A DNA stretch of 64,000 bases from Spirochaetia bacterium. GTDB taxonomy: Bacteria > Spirochaetota > Spirochaetia > SZUA-6 > Bin103. A program made the position numbers and the translations under genes. The DNA is taken from NCBI GenBank assembly GCA_965198005.1, contig CBDAOI010000001.1:32001-96000 (forward strand). Direction: 5' to 3'. A model generated the notes under the pieces. The model saw nothing but the letters and a program-made list of their open reading frames with translations. It searched no databases and was not told the DNA's origin. Each line of letters begins with the position of its first letter. Within the stretch, counting starts at the first letter, position 1. Below are positions 41,148-51,075 of this stretch, piece after piece.

Positions 41148-41575
41148 CGGACTCATCATCGCCGTTCCGATCGGCATCTACTCGGCAATTCGCCAGTATA
41201 CGATGACCGACTACGCCGGCCGGGCGGTCGCCATCTTCGGCCTGGCGACCCCCAACTTCTGGCTGGGACTGATGGTTATGATCTACCCGGCCATCTGGTG
41301 GGGCTGGGCGCCACCGCTGACCTACGTCCGCTTCAGCGAAGACCCATGGGGCAATCTCGGCATTCTGATCCTCCCCGCGCTGATTCTGGGCACCTACCTG
41401 CGCTATGAGTCGCCGGTCGACGCGGCCGGAGCCGGCCGCGGAGGCGCAGGCGGAGGCGCACGCGGTGGTGGCGGCCCAAGCGGCGGCGCGGGTGCCGGAC
41501 CCTCCGCGGCGGGCGCCCCTGCACCGGCGCGCCGGCGACCGGTGGCCAGATTCTTGTCGCCGCTCCTCGTCCAGA
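41148..41575 (+). pseudogene. dppB/dppC junction remnant of the Gly-rich cassette lineage
   Basis: PIGIYSAIRQY…ILGTYL fused to RYE, then the Gly/Ala-rich DppC N-terminus. Confidence 0.8.
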
Positions 41576-41644
41576 TACGGCAACGGGTCGCGCGCCAGCC
41601 GAGGCCTGTCGGCCGAGTCTGACACCGACTATCGGTAGCCATGC

Positions 41645-41890
41645 CTATTCGTCCACTCGCCGTAGCGCTTCATCCATCACTTGTCGCGAGAGATGAAGAC
41701 CAGCGATCATCATTTCCTCAATGACGGGCCGATCCATTCCCGCGATCCGGGCCGCCCACTCTTGCGAAATGCGTCCCTGCTGATACCACTGGATGGCAGC
41801 AGCCAGTCGCAACTCCTGGTCGAGGGTTCCAGGCGCACACTGCAGCAGGGAACAAACCGCGTCCGGTAGTTCTAATCTTACTTGAGTCAT
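41645..41890 (-). pseudogene. UPF0175 antitoxin fused to a DUF3368-like PIN tail
   Basis: ELRLAAAIQWYQQGRISQEWAARIAGMDR // PVIEEM..AGLHLS…EAL. Confidence 0.65.
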
Positions 41891-42003
41891 TGATCCACTA
41901 TGGGTTGCCGCGTCCTTGGGTGGCTGACCGGCACCGGTCAGCATCTCTCCTTCTATTATGATGGCTGACGGCGGTAGGTTCAAGGGGTGGTGATGGTATG
42001 GAT

Positions 42004-42250
42004 GGCACGCTCGTCCGTCACGTCCTGCCCAACATCGCCGCGCCGCTGATCGTCGTGTTCAGCATCAACGTCGGCGGCGTGATCATCGCCGCGGCTGGCG
42101 CTGTGGCCGGGCCTGTGTCTGACGGTGACGGTCTACGCCCTCAACCTGTTCGGCGACGCGGTGCGCGACCTGCTGGACCCGCGCCTGCGCGGCGCCGCCG
42201 GCCGCTACGGGGGCGGGCGCCGCCCACGCCGCGCGCCGCGCCGCGGCTGA
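42004..42250 (+). pseudogene. dppC 3' fragment with internal deletion
   Basis: Matches 60915-61262 minus about 100 bp. Confidence 0.85.
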
Positions 42251-42370
42251 GCCGCCCAGCACGGTCCTTCTAGCACGCGCGGGAAGGCGAAGATTCGCTT
42301 GTAGTTGTCGTCGGTTGATAGCGCGGCCCGGTACTTGCCGAACGGGCGGAAAGTGACCATATTATGCCGT

Positions 42371-42793
42371 ATGGCAACGGTGGCCTCAGCGGCGCGTGAC
42401 ACTCGCCCCAACCGCGCCAGTGAAATCAGCGACGCGGAAACACTCGCCCTGCTGCGCGCATTCTTCAATCTGGTACGGCGGTGGGCGCTCAACGACCAGC
42501 AGGGGCGAATCCTCCTGGGCGGGCCGGCCGCGCGCACCTACGCGCGCTGGAAAGCCGGACAGGTCGAGCTGTCGCGCGTTTCACGCGACACCCGTGAGCG
42601 GCTGTCCACACTGATGGGCATTCACCGGAACCTGCGATACCTGTTTCCCGATCCGTCGCGCGGTTACCGTTGGCTGCGCAAGCCGAACCAGGCGTTCGGC
42701 GGCCAACCGGCGTTGAACCGGCTGCTTGGCGGATCGATCCCGGATCTGGCCGCTGTCCGCGCCTATCTCGACGCGGAACGCGGCGGTTGGTAG
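42371..42793 (+). CDS. Xre/MbcA/ParS-type antitoxin
   Basis: W.L…ILLG…TY.RWK…DTRERLS.LMGIH..L…WLRKPN.AFGGQ…VRAYLDAERG. Confidence 0.88.
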   Translation: MATVASAARDTRPNRASEISDAETLALLRAFFNLVRRWALNDQQGRILLGGPAARTYARWKAGQVELSRVSRDTRERLSTLMGIHRNLRYLFPDPSRGYRWLRKPNQAFGGQPALNRLLGGSIPDLAAVRAYLDAERGGW

Positions 42794-43485
42794 TCCCTCG
42801 CACCAGCCGCGTTCGCTGGCCGCGGGCCGTTCGCCTTGTCCGGTCGATGTACCCCCCGATCGACCTGTTCGAGGATATTGCGGATCGGGCCGACTGGGAA
42901 TTGATCGCCGCTGCCGAAGCCAAGACCAACCCGCGGGTGCGCGACGAAATCGGCGCCATCCATCTGGTGCCGCCGGCGCGGCGCGTGGCCGGGCCCGGCG
43001 CCAGCTGGGCGATGGCGCCGTTCTGCCACATATCGCGCGACCGGCCGAGCCGGTTCAGTGACGGGAGCTACGGCATGTACTACGCTGGAGACCGCTTCGA
43101 GGTGGCGCTGGCGGAGGCGGTGTACCACTTCGAGCGTTTCATGGCGGCAACCGATGAGGAGCCGGCCACCGCCGATTACCGCGAGCTGATCAGCCGTATC
43201 GACGCGGACCTGCACGACCTGCGCGACACGGCGGGTTTCGAAGCCGCGCTGGACGCCAACGACTACGCTGCTGCGCAGTCGTTGGCGCACGAACTGCGCT
43301 GGAACCATGCCAGCAACGGCATCGTCTATCCGAGCGTGCGCCACCCCGCGGGTGCGGCGGTGGCGGCGTTCTGGCCCGATGTGGCGGGCCTTCCCGTCCC
43401 TGGCAGACACCTCTGCTATCACTGGGACGGCCGTCGGGTGGATGCATGGTTGGTGTACGGAGAAGCAGACTGGCGCCCTCGGTGA
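42787..43485 (+). CDS. RES-domain toxin (NAD+-targeting family)
   Basis: MAPFCH…SRFSDGSYG.YYA…ALAE..YH…GIVYPSVR. Confidence 0.9.
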   Translation: MVVPRTSRVRWPRAVRLVRSMYPPIDLFEDIADRADWELIAAAEAKTNPRVRDEIGAIHLVPPARRVAGPGASWAMAPFCHISRDRPSRFSDGSYGMYYAGDRFEVALAEAVYHFERFMAATDEEPATADYRELISRIDADLHDLRDTAGFEAALDANDYAAAQSLAHELRWNHASNGIVYPSVRHPAGAAVAAFWPDVAGLPVPGRHLCYHWDGRRVDAWLVYGEADWRPR

Positions 43486-43629
43486 TCGGGCGCCACCGCT
43501 CCAGCTCGAGGGTCGTGGCGACCAATCTCCCCGATTGCCGGGTCACCTCGTTGCTCAGCCCGAAGTAGCGGCGTCAAACCCTGCGATACCTGTGGCCGGC
43601 GACACGGTGGTGGCGACCGCGGCCTCGGG

Positions 43630-45011
43630 CACGGTCTGGTTGTACGCCCTGTGCGTTCAGCTGTTTCAGGAACACGGCATCGCGGTGGCGACCGACGGCG
43701 GCTTTCAAATCAGGGCGTTTGACGCCACCACCGTGAAGGAACCGGGCAAGACCGGAGCGCTGTGGCGCATCCACTGGAGCGTATGCCTGCCGTCGCTGGC
43801 GTGCGACTTCTTCAGGCTCACGCCAACCGAGGGGCCGGGCACCGGCGAATCGTTGGTTCAGTTCCCGATCCGCGCCGGCGATCATGTAGTGGCCGATCGC
43901 GGTTACTCGACAGCCCGCGGTATCGGTTATGTGGCGGCCGCCGGCGGTCAGCTCATCGTACGCGTCAATACCGGTGCGCTGGGGCTGCGCACAACCCAGG
44001 GTGAGCGGTTCGACCTGCTCGCCGCGGTCAGTTCGCTGAAGCGTGCCGGCGCCACCAAGTCGTGGACAACGCAGGTGGTGATCAACGATGACAGAGCACA
44101 ACCGGCCAGAACCGTACCCGGTCGAGTGTGCGCGCTGCGCAAGTCGGCAGCAGCGATCAAGCTGGCGCACCGCAAAGTCCGCCAGGAAGCAGCACGCAGG
44201 GGTAAGCGGACGCAAGCGGACACGCTGAGGTTTGCCGAATACGTGATCGTGTTCACCACCTTTCCGGCGGCGAGCTTCAGTGCCGCCGAGATTCTGGAGT
44301 GGTATCGCATTCGCTGGCAGGTGGAGTTGGTGTTCAAACGGTTCAAATCGTTGGCGCAGCTGGGCCACCTGCCGAAATACGACGACGACAGCGCCAAAGC
44401 GTGGCTGTACGGCAAGCTGCTGGTTGCGCTCCTGGTCGAGAAGCTGATCCGCCATGCCAGCGCTAGTTCCCCCTGGGGATACGAGTTGGCGCCGTCAGCG
44501 GCCACCCAGTGCGTGGCGTGACTTCAGGTTCGTGCTGGGCCAAGTCACCCGCACCATCGAACCGGCTCTGCCACTGGCGCGCATGGTTCACCAGTGGCAC
44601 GCTAGGAGTCTGTCGGATTGCGACAGACTCCTAGCGGTCGGACGGGATGGGCCAAAAGCGGCGCCCCGGCGGCGGTTTTGGGGCGCTATCTCGCGGGCGC
44701 TGGCTGAGCCGCCACGGCGCCGGCTGTCCCAGTTGTCAGGTTACTTCGATCTGGCGTGGTTGACGCGAGTCGCGAGTCGCGGGTCCGTGGTACGGTCGCA
44801 CCGTAGGGCCATGAGTTGCCAGATTTCTTCGACGCAGGTGGTTGACGCGAGTCGCGGGTCCGTGGTACGGTCGCACCGTAGAGCCATGAGCTGCCAGATT
44901 TCTTCGATTTTTTCGACGCGGCTGGTTGATCCGAGTCGCACGTCCGTGGTACGGTCGCACAGTAAAGTCATGCATGGCCCCTGTAGGCCCCACAACAAGT
45001 TAGCGCTTATG
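43630..45011 (+). mobile_element. IS4-family element, 5'-truncated (transposase to 44521)
   Basis: DATTVKEPG, VADRGYS, YRIRWQVELVFKRFKSL; probable right end aagttagcgcttatg. Confidence 0.85.
44758..44960. repeat. Three imperfect tandem units near the IS4 right end (two units in the copy at 50647-50770)
   Basis: gttga…gagtcgc..gtccgtggtacggtcgcac is repeated. Confidence 0.85.
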
Positions 45012-45355
45012 CCCCCCCCCCCACTTTTTCAAACCGAGAAACAACTAACCGCTCCGCCTGATCGCCCCGTACGTGCCCCCGCGCACGCCGTCGCCTTCAG
45101 CACCGGGGTAGCGGCCGGCTACGACCGCAACGGTCCTGGATCCCCGCCCCCCAACGCACCGTCACAGAACCGACCGCCGACGTCGCCGGTCAACCACATG
45201 CGTTGCTCGGCCGACCACCGCGCCGCGTGGCGTTGTGACGCAGGTCCCGACGTCCGCCGAGCGGTCGCTGTTTGCATGAAGGGCACGCACGCGCTACGCG
45301 CAGCGCACACCACCTTACGTCAACCATCTGGCTGGGCACCCTGTAGCCCAAAAAG

Positions 45356-45542
45356 AGGAGGTGCAAAAATGATACTCAAAGAACCGCACGCGCGCGCGGC
45401 GTGAGCCGGGTGAACCCGTTGAGTCACACGCCGCGCGCTTTTAGTGTATTTGACTCTGACTGGCCGTCCGCGTTGGCGGGCGCGCCCGCTGTTGCGGGCA
45501 TAAGAGTAGCCAGGGAGCGGCAAGTCGCTCCGCAATACTCTC
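45356..45542 (+). promoter_or_regulatory. Structured SBP leader, copy 4
   Basis: 12-bp stem 45392-45403 / 45427-45438 then TTTT; AGAGTA…TACTCT stem. Confidence 0.75.
45369..45404 (+). CDS. Putative leader peptide MILKEPHARAA
   Basis: AGGAGG-tgcaaaa-ATG. Confidence 0.6.
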   Translation: MILKEPHARAA

Positions 45543-45569
45543 AAAATCCAAGCAAGGATACTAACGACG

Positions 45570-47363
45570 ATGAGAATCTCATTTAGAATGACCTTCGCGA
45601 TTGCGTTGGTCCTCGTCCTGACCGCCACCGGCCTCTGGGCGGGTGGCGCCACAGACACGGAGTCGGCAACGGCGGCCGATAAGGAAATGGTGCGCGACCC
45701 GGCCACCGGCAAGATGGTGACCGCGCCCGAGTATGGCGGGACATTCACCCGCCCCTTAAAGGAAGAGTGGCATCATCCTGACCTGATGTTTTCTCGATGG
45801 GCGACAATATTCATCACTGGTGTTTTAGAGAAGCCAGCCATGGTGAACTGGGGAATAGATAGGGCCGAATTCAACTACGTAGGTGGGGACCCGCCTCTAT
45901 TTGCCTTGAAAGGCGGTCTGGCGGAAAGCTGGGAGCAACCCGACCCACTAACTATTATCTTCAAAGTCCGTCAGGGCGTTCACTGGCATAATAAGCCGCC
46001 GATGAACGGGCGGGAGCTGACTGCCCAAGATATCGAGTACAACTATCACCGTCTCTTGGGACTTGGCAGCGGTTTCACCGAAGTTAGCGAGGGTATTCCT
46101 GGGGGACTCACTGATGTGGTATTCGAATCGATAACGGCCACCGACAATTGGACAGTTGTTTTCACGCTGAAGGAGCCACACCTCGATGCGCTGCGGATTA
46201 TCCTCGACGACCACTATGTTCACATATACCCCCCCGAGGTAATCAAGGAACACGGCGACGCTACGGACTGGAGGAACCTGGTCGGCACCGGCCCCTTTAT
46301 GCTGACTGAGCGGGTCGAGGGCAGCTCGATTACGTGGACCAAGAATCCTGACTACTGGGGCTACGACGAAAAATACCCGCAGAACCGGCTGCCGTATGTT
46401 GACGAGATCAGGTCCCCGATTATGCCAGAAGAGGCAACATATCTGGCGGCACTGCGCTCGGGTAGGGTTGATTGGCTCGGTCACGTCAATGTAATAAGGT
46501 CTGTCGACCAGGCAGAGAGCCTCCAGCGGTCCAACCCCGAAATCGATCTGTGGACGATCTTCGGTGCGTCGACAACTGCGACCGGTCTTAACGTGAGTAT
46601 GGCGCCCTTTAACGACATCAGGGTGCGTAAGGCAATGCAGATGGCACTGGACCTCGAGACAATCAATGATGTCTACTTCAAGGGTTATGGAGATACCACA
46701 CCCCACGGGCAGATGGGTGATGCCGGCATCGGGTATTTCATACCATTTGAAGAGTGGCCCGAAGAGGTCAAGAAGGGCTATATGTACGATCCGGCAGGGG
46801 CGGAAGCTTTGCTGGATGAGGCCGGATATCCGCGGGGCGCCGACGGCATTCGATTCAAGCCCGTATTTACCGAAAGCGCGCGGTACGATCTGAGCTTTAG
46901 AGAACTACTCGCTTCATACTGGCGTGACATTGGCGTTGATATCGAGATTAAGGTATATCAATCTGCAGAGCGTTCCGCTATAAGAAAAGCCCGTACTTTC
47001 GAAATGATTTACCACGAAATGGCTTATGGGAGCATAGCTAATCCCCTCTCTGGTCCGAGCCGATTTCTCTCGACGGTTCCATACAACAGCGTCGCAGCGG
47101 AAGACCCGGTTTATGACGCCATGTATGAAGCCGCGGCAGCCGCTACAACCATCGAGGAGCAGCAGAGGCTGGTTAAAGAACTGGACATGTACGCGATAGA
47201 GAGGCACTGGGCCGTATGGGCTATTGCGGCTCCAACATTTGAAGCGGTACAGCCGTGGGTCAAAGGTTACAACGGTGAACTCCAGTTGGGGGGCATCGAC
47301 GTAAATTTCGTCCTCGCCCGCCTCTGGATTGATAGCGAGCTGAAGGAAGCTATGGGTCAATAG
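45570..47363 (+). CDS. ABC substrate-binding protein, family 5
   Basis: Same motifs as 33158-34960. Confidence 0.93.
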   Translation: MRISFRMTFAIALVLVLTATGLWAGGATDTESATAADKEMVRDPATGKMVTAPEYGGTFTRPLKEEWHHPDLMFSRWATIFITGVLEKPAMVNWGIDRAEFNYVGGDPPLFALKGGLAESWEQPDPLTIIFKVRQGVHWHNKPPMNGRELTAQDIEYNYHRLLGLGSGFTEVSEGIPGGLTDVVFESITATDNWTVVFTLKEPHLDALRIILDDHYVHIYPPEVIKEHGDATDWRNLVGTGPFMLTERVEGSSITWTKNPDYWGYDEKYPQNRLPYVDEIRSPIMPEEATYLAALRSGRVDWLGHVNVIRSVDQAESLQRSNPEIDLWTIFGASTTATGLNVSMAPFNDIRVRKAMQMALDLETINDVYFKGYGDTTPHGQMGDAGIGYFIPFEEWPEEVKKGYMYDPAGAEALLDEAGYPRGADGIRFKPVFTESARYDLSFRELLASYWRDIGVDIEIKVYQSAERSAIRKARTFEMIYHEMAYGSIANPLSGPSRFLSTVPYNSVAAEDPVYDAMYEAAAAATTIEEQQRLVKELDMYAIERHWAVWAIAAPTFEAVQPWVKGYNGELQLGGIDVNFVLARLWIDSELKEAMGQ

Positions 47364-47712
47364 GGGTTTGGAGCAGCCGACAAGACGGCATTCCAGCCCG
47401 GGAAGGACCGGCCGTATCAATTATCGCGACGGAGCACCGCCGGCTCGGGTGCGTAGTGATGCCACAGTTCGTGTTGGGTAACTCGACGTCACGCTGCAGC
47501 GGGTAACGGCCTCTGCAGGCGAAGGGGCTCTCGGTGCATGTCGGATGCCTGAGTCCAGCGCCCCGGCGTGTGCCCGAAGAAGGGGGGGCTGGGGCGCTCA
47601 AGCTTCCCGGCTCCCTCATATATAACTTAGGCATAGAAATTGCTACTCCCTCGACTTGCGACGACAGAATAGCGTTGGCAATGACGGGGGAAAGAGAAAT
47701 GAGGTGTTTCAC

Positions 47713-48669
47713 ATGAGAGCCTATATCATCAGGCGGTTATTTCTGATGATCCCCACCCTGTTTCTATTAACCATCCTGGTCTTTCTCTCGGTCCGCTTCA
47801 TCCCAGGCGATATAATAGACGTAATAGTGGACAGGATGGAGTTTTACACTGAGGATGTAGACCGTGAAGCTCTTGAGCGTACGCTGGGATTAAACGCGCC
47901 TGTGCACGTGCAGTATGGACGTTGGATGGGACGTATTTTCCGGCACGGCAGCCTTGGCACGTCACTGTGGGGCGGTTGGACGGTAGAGGAGAGGATAATA
48001 GGCAGATTGCCGGTGACGATTGAGCTTGGTGTCCTGGCAATCATAATCGGGTTGGTGATAGCCCTGCCGGTCGGCATCTACTCGGCGATTCGTCAGGATA
48101 CGGCCGCCGACTACGTAGGGCGCATCGTGGCCGTCATCGGCCTGGCAACGCCCAACTTCTGGCTGGGCATTATGGTCATGATCTACCCGGCAATCTGGTG
48201 GGGTTGGTCGCCACCGACGGAGCTGATTTCTTTCACGAAAGACCCGCTGGGGAATCTAGCGGTGTTCATCATTCCCAGCCTGATTCTGGGGACGGCCATG
48301 GCTGCCGCCACCATGCGGATGACGCGCACCATGATGCTGGAGGTGCTCGGGCAGGACTATATCAGGACGGCCTGGTCCAAGGGTCTCAAGGAGCGGGTAG
48401 TTGTTATGAGACACGCCGTCAAGAATGCATTCATCCCGGTAGTTACCCTCATAGGCATGCAGTTGCCTCTGCTGGTAGGCGGCTCCGTTATCATGGAGAA
48501 CATATTTGGCCTGCCGGGGTTGGGTCGTCTCTTGCTGAGGGCGCTCACTGACAGAGACTACCCGGTGGTCTCCGGAGTAAACCTGGTTTTCGCCACCGCG
48601 GTCTTAGGAATCAATCTAATCATCGACCTGATGTATCCTCTATTAGATCCCAGGGTCCGTTATAAATAA
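47713..48669 (+). CDS. ABC permease, DppB-like
   Basis: MRAYIIRRL…LDPRVRY. Confidence 0.93.
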   Translation: MRAYIIRRLFLMIPTLFLLTILVFLSVRFIPGDIIDVIVDRMEFYTEDVDREALERTLGLNAPVHVQYGRWMGRIFRHGSLGTSLWGGWTVEERIIGRLPVTIELGVLAIIIGLVIALPVGIYSAIRQDTAADYVGRIVAVIGLATPNFWLGIMVMIYPAIWWGWSPPTELISFTKDPLGNLAVFIIPSLILGTAMAAATMRMTRTMMLEVLGQDYIRTAWSKGLKERVVVMRHAVKNAFIPVVTLIGMQLPLLVGGSVIMENIFGLPGLGRLLLRALTDRDYPVVSGVNLVFATAVLGINLIIDLMYPLLDPRVRYK

Positions 48670-48679
48670 AGGAGCGGGT

Positions 48680-49612
48680 ATGAGTAACGACATGGAGATA
48701 GCATCAACAGCAAACGAGCCAAAGAGACGTATCGGGCTGGCGAACTTCCTTATCAGACTGGTGAGGGAAAAGCCACTGGGTGCTGCCAGCGCAATTATCA
48801 TATTGATATTAATTGTTGTGGGTATCCTTGCCGATGTTTTGGCTCCTTATCCATATGATGAAGTGCACCTGGTAGACAGGATGCAGGGCGCATCAGCCCG
48901 GTATCTCCTCGGTACCGACCAGTTGGGGCGAGACTTCTTGAGCCGCATTATCTACGGGGCTCGCACTTCGTTACTTGTCGGTCTGGCAGCGACCGCTCTC
49001 AATGTTGTTGTCGCCGTACTGATAGGCGGCATTTCAGGATTCGTTGGTGGTAAATTCGACCTTGTTGTGCAGAGATTTGTCGATGCCTGGATGGGTTTTC
49101 CCGGACTGCTGCTATTGTTAACCCTCATGTCCATAGTGGGGCGGGGTATACCACAGATAATACTGGTCCTTGGGATATCAGGAGGCATCGTCGGCTCAAG
49201 AACACTAAGAAGCGCCGTTATTGGCATAAAAGAGAATGTGTATTTTCAGACGGCGGAGGCGATTGGCTCCTCAAAATGGACAGCATTTATCCGACATGTC
49301 GTGCCCAATATTATGCCTGTCGTAATCATTAGCTTCAGCATCAGCATTGGAGGGATGATCCTGTATGTGGCTTCTCTGAGCTTCCTCGGTTTCGGTCTGC
49401 CATTGGAGATTCCTGAGTGGGGAGGTCTACTCAGCCGAGAAGGAAAACAGTTCATGGAGATGGCGCCATGGCTGGCTGTCTGGCCTGGTCTTTGCCTGAC
49501 CATCACCGTCTTCAGTCTAAACATGTTCGGCGACGCCATCAGGGACCTGCTCGACCCGCGGCTCATCGGTGGTGCGGAGCGTCTGGGTGCGCAAGAGGCC
49601 AGATCGGTTTAG
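48680..49612 (+). CDS. ABC permease, DppC-like
   Basis: LGTDQLGRD…NMFGDAIRDLLDPRL. Confidence 0.93.
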   Translation: MSNDMEIASTANEPKRRIGLANFLIRLVREKPLGAASAIIILILIVVGILADVLAPYPYDEVHLVDRMQGASARYLLGTDQLGRDFLSRIIYGARTSLLVGLAATALNVVVAVLIGGISGFVGGKFDLVVQRFVDAWMGFPGLLLLLTLMSIVGRGIPQIILVLGISGGIVGSRTLRSAVIGIKENVYFQTAEAIGSSKWTAFIRHVVPNIMPVVIISFSISIGGMILYVASLSFLGFGLPLEIPEWGGLLSREGKQFMEMAPWLAVWPGLCLTITVFSLNMFGDAIRDLLDPRLIGGAERLGAQEARSV

Positions 49613-49631
49613 GCGAGTGGACCCACCGCAT

Positions 49632-49990
49632 GCGGCTCCCAGTCGGGATCCGCGCCTGCGGGCGGCAGCAGATGGCCAGGCGAGTACGCCTGGGTGCGCG
49701 GCTACCCTACTCACCGATGTGCGACCGGCACCTCCCACGGTCTCACGCCGGATGCACGGTGACCTCCACCCGTGGGGTTCCCGGTTGGCGCCGCGAACTT
49801 CGTTCGCCCGCACCCACGGCTCGGCGCGGCGGTGGCGAAAGTGAAGGTTGCCGGAGCCGGGGTGATCGAGCGCGAAGACATCTGGGGCCGATCCGTCGCA
49901 CCTCGCCTTGCTGACTGGGCTGGACGGCCGCCCGGGCGCAGGCGCGTGCCCACCTGCACCGCCGCAGGCGCGCATCCCCACTGGGAGCGC
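49632..49990. repeat. MITE-like segment bounded by about 60-bp imperfect inverted repeats
   Basis: gctcccagtcgggatccgcgcctgcgg… versus …ccgcaggcgcgcatccccactgggagc; left arm also at about 37037. Confidence 0.55.
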
Positions 49991-50049
49991 GCTGGATGAC
50001 GAGTCCGAGGAGGTCGTGCCCACAGTGCGGGGCGGGCGCCGAAAGATCG

Positions 50050-50787
50050 GCAGCTTCGAGGGCGTCCGATGTAGCTCTGCTGAAGCGCCTGCGGAAATCA
50101 AAGGACTGGTTGTACGCCCTGTGCGTTCAGCTGTTTCAGGAACACGGCATCGCGGTGGCGACCGACGGCGGCTTTCAAATCAGGGCGTTTGACGCCACCA
50201 CCGTGAAGGAACCGGGCAAGACCGGAGCGCTGTGGCGCATCCACTGGAGCGTATGCCTGCCGTCGCTGGCGTGCGACTTCTTCAGGCTGACGCCGACCGA
50301 GGGGCCGGGCAGCGGCGAATCGTTGGTTCAGTTCCCGATCCGCCATGCCAGCGCTAGTTCCCCCTGGGGATACGAGTTGGCGCCGTCAGCGGCCACCCAG
50401 TGCGTGGCGTGACTTCAGGTTCGTGCTGGGCCAGGTCACCCGCACCATCGAACCGGCTCTGCCACTGGCGCGCATGGTTCACCAGTGGCACGCTAGGAGT
50501 CTGTCGGATTGCGACAGACTCATAGCGGTCGGACGGGATGGGCCAAAAGCGGCGCCCCGGCGGCGGTTTTGGGGCGTATCTCGCGGGCGCTGGCTGAGCC
50601 GCCACGGCGCCGGCTGTCCCAGTTGTCAGGTTACTTCGATCTGGCTGGTTGACGCGAGTCGCAGGTCCGTGGTACGGTCGCACCGTAGAGCCATGAGCTG
50701 CCAGATTTCTTCGATTTTTTCGACGCGGCTGGTTGATCCGAGTCGCACGTCCGTGGTACGGTCGCACAGTAAAGTCATGCATGGCCC
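50050..50787 (+). mobile_element. Internally deleted IS4-family derivative
   Basis: Matches 43637-43873 joined to 44446-44980 at GATCCGC. Confidence 0.85.
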
Positions 50788-50789
50788 CG

Positions 50790-51075
50790 AGTTAGCCGGG
50801 CGCGACCGCTACCTTCTGCGGAGCCTGCGTGGTCCGCTGACCGCGGCGCTGCCTCGCGGCCGATTCGTCGTCGGCCGGTCACCTCACCAGGCGGGAACTC
50901 CCGGCAACGGGCCGCTCGCCCGCGGTCCACCCGCCGGCGCCCCAGGCACTGCTCGTGACCGAGGGTGCCGCCCTCGCTGTTCGGTCCCTGCGAATCGCAG
51001 GCATACCGCGAGAGTCGGCGCGGGCCGGCACTGAATTCAGCACTCTCGAAACAACGAAGGTTTGGAGGAAACCTC
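50790..51075 (+). promoter_or_regulatory. Second-type SBP leader (copies at 56951-57237 and, partially, 62472-62574)
   Basis: Hairpins GAGGG…CCCTC, CCTGCG-AAT-CGCAGG and CGAGAGT…ACTCTCG; GGAGG RBS. Confidence 0.6.

Noticed and set aside
44758-44960. CRISPR array
   Set aside because: Only 2-3 units, the spacers are themselves repeated, it lies inside an IS end, and no cas genes are present.
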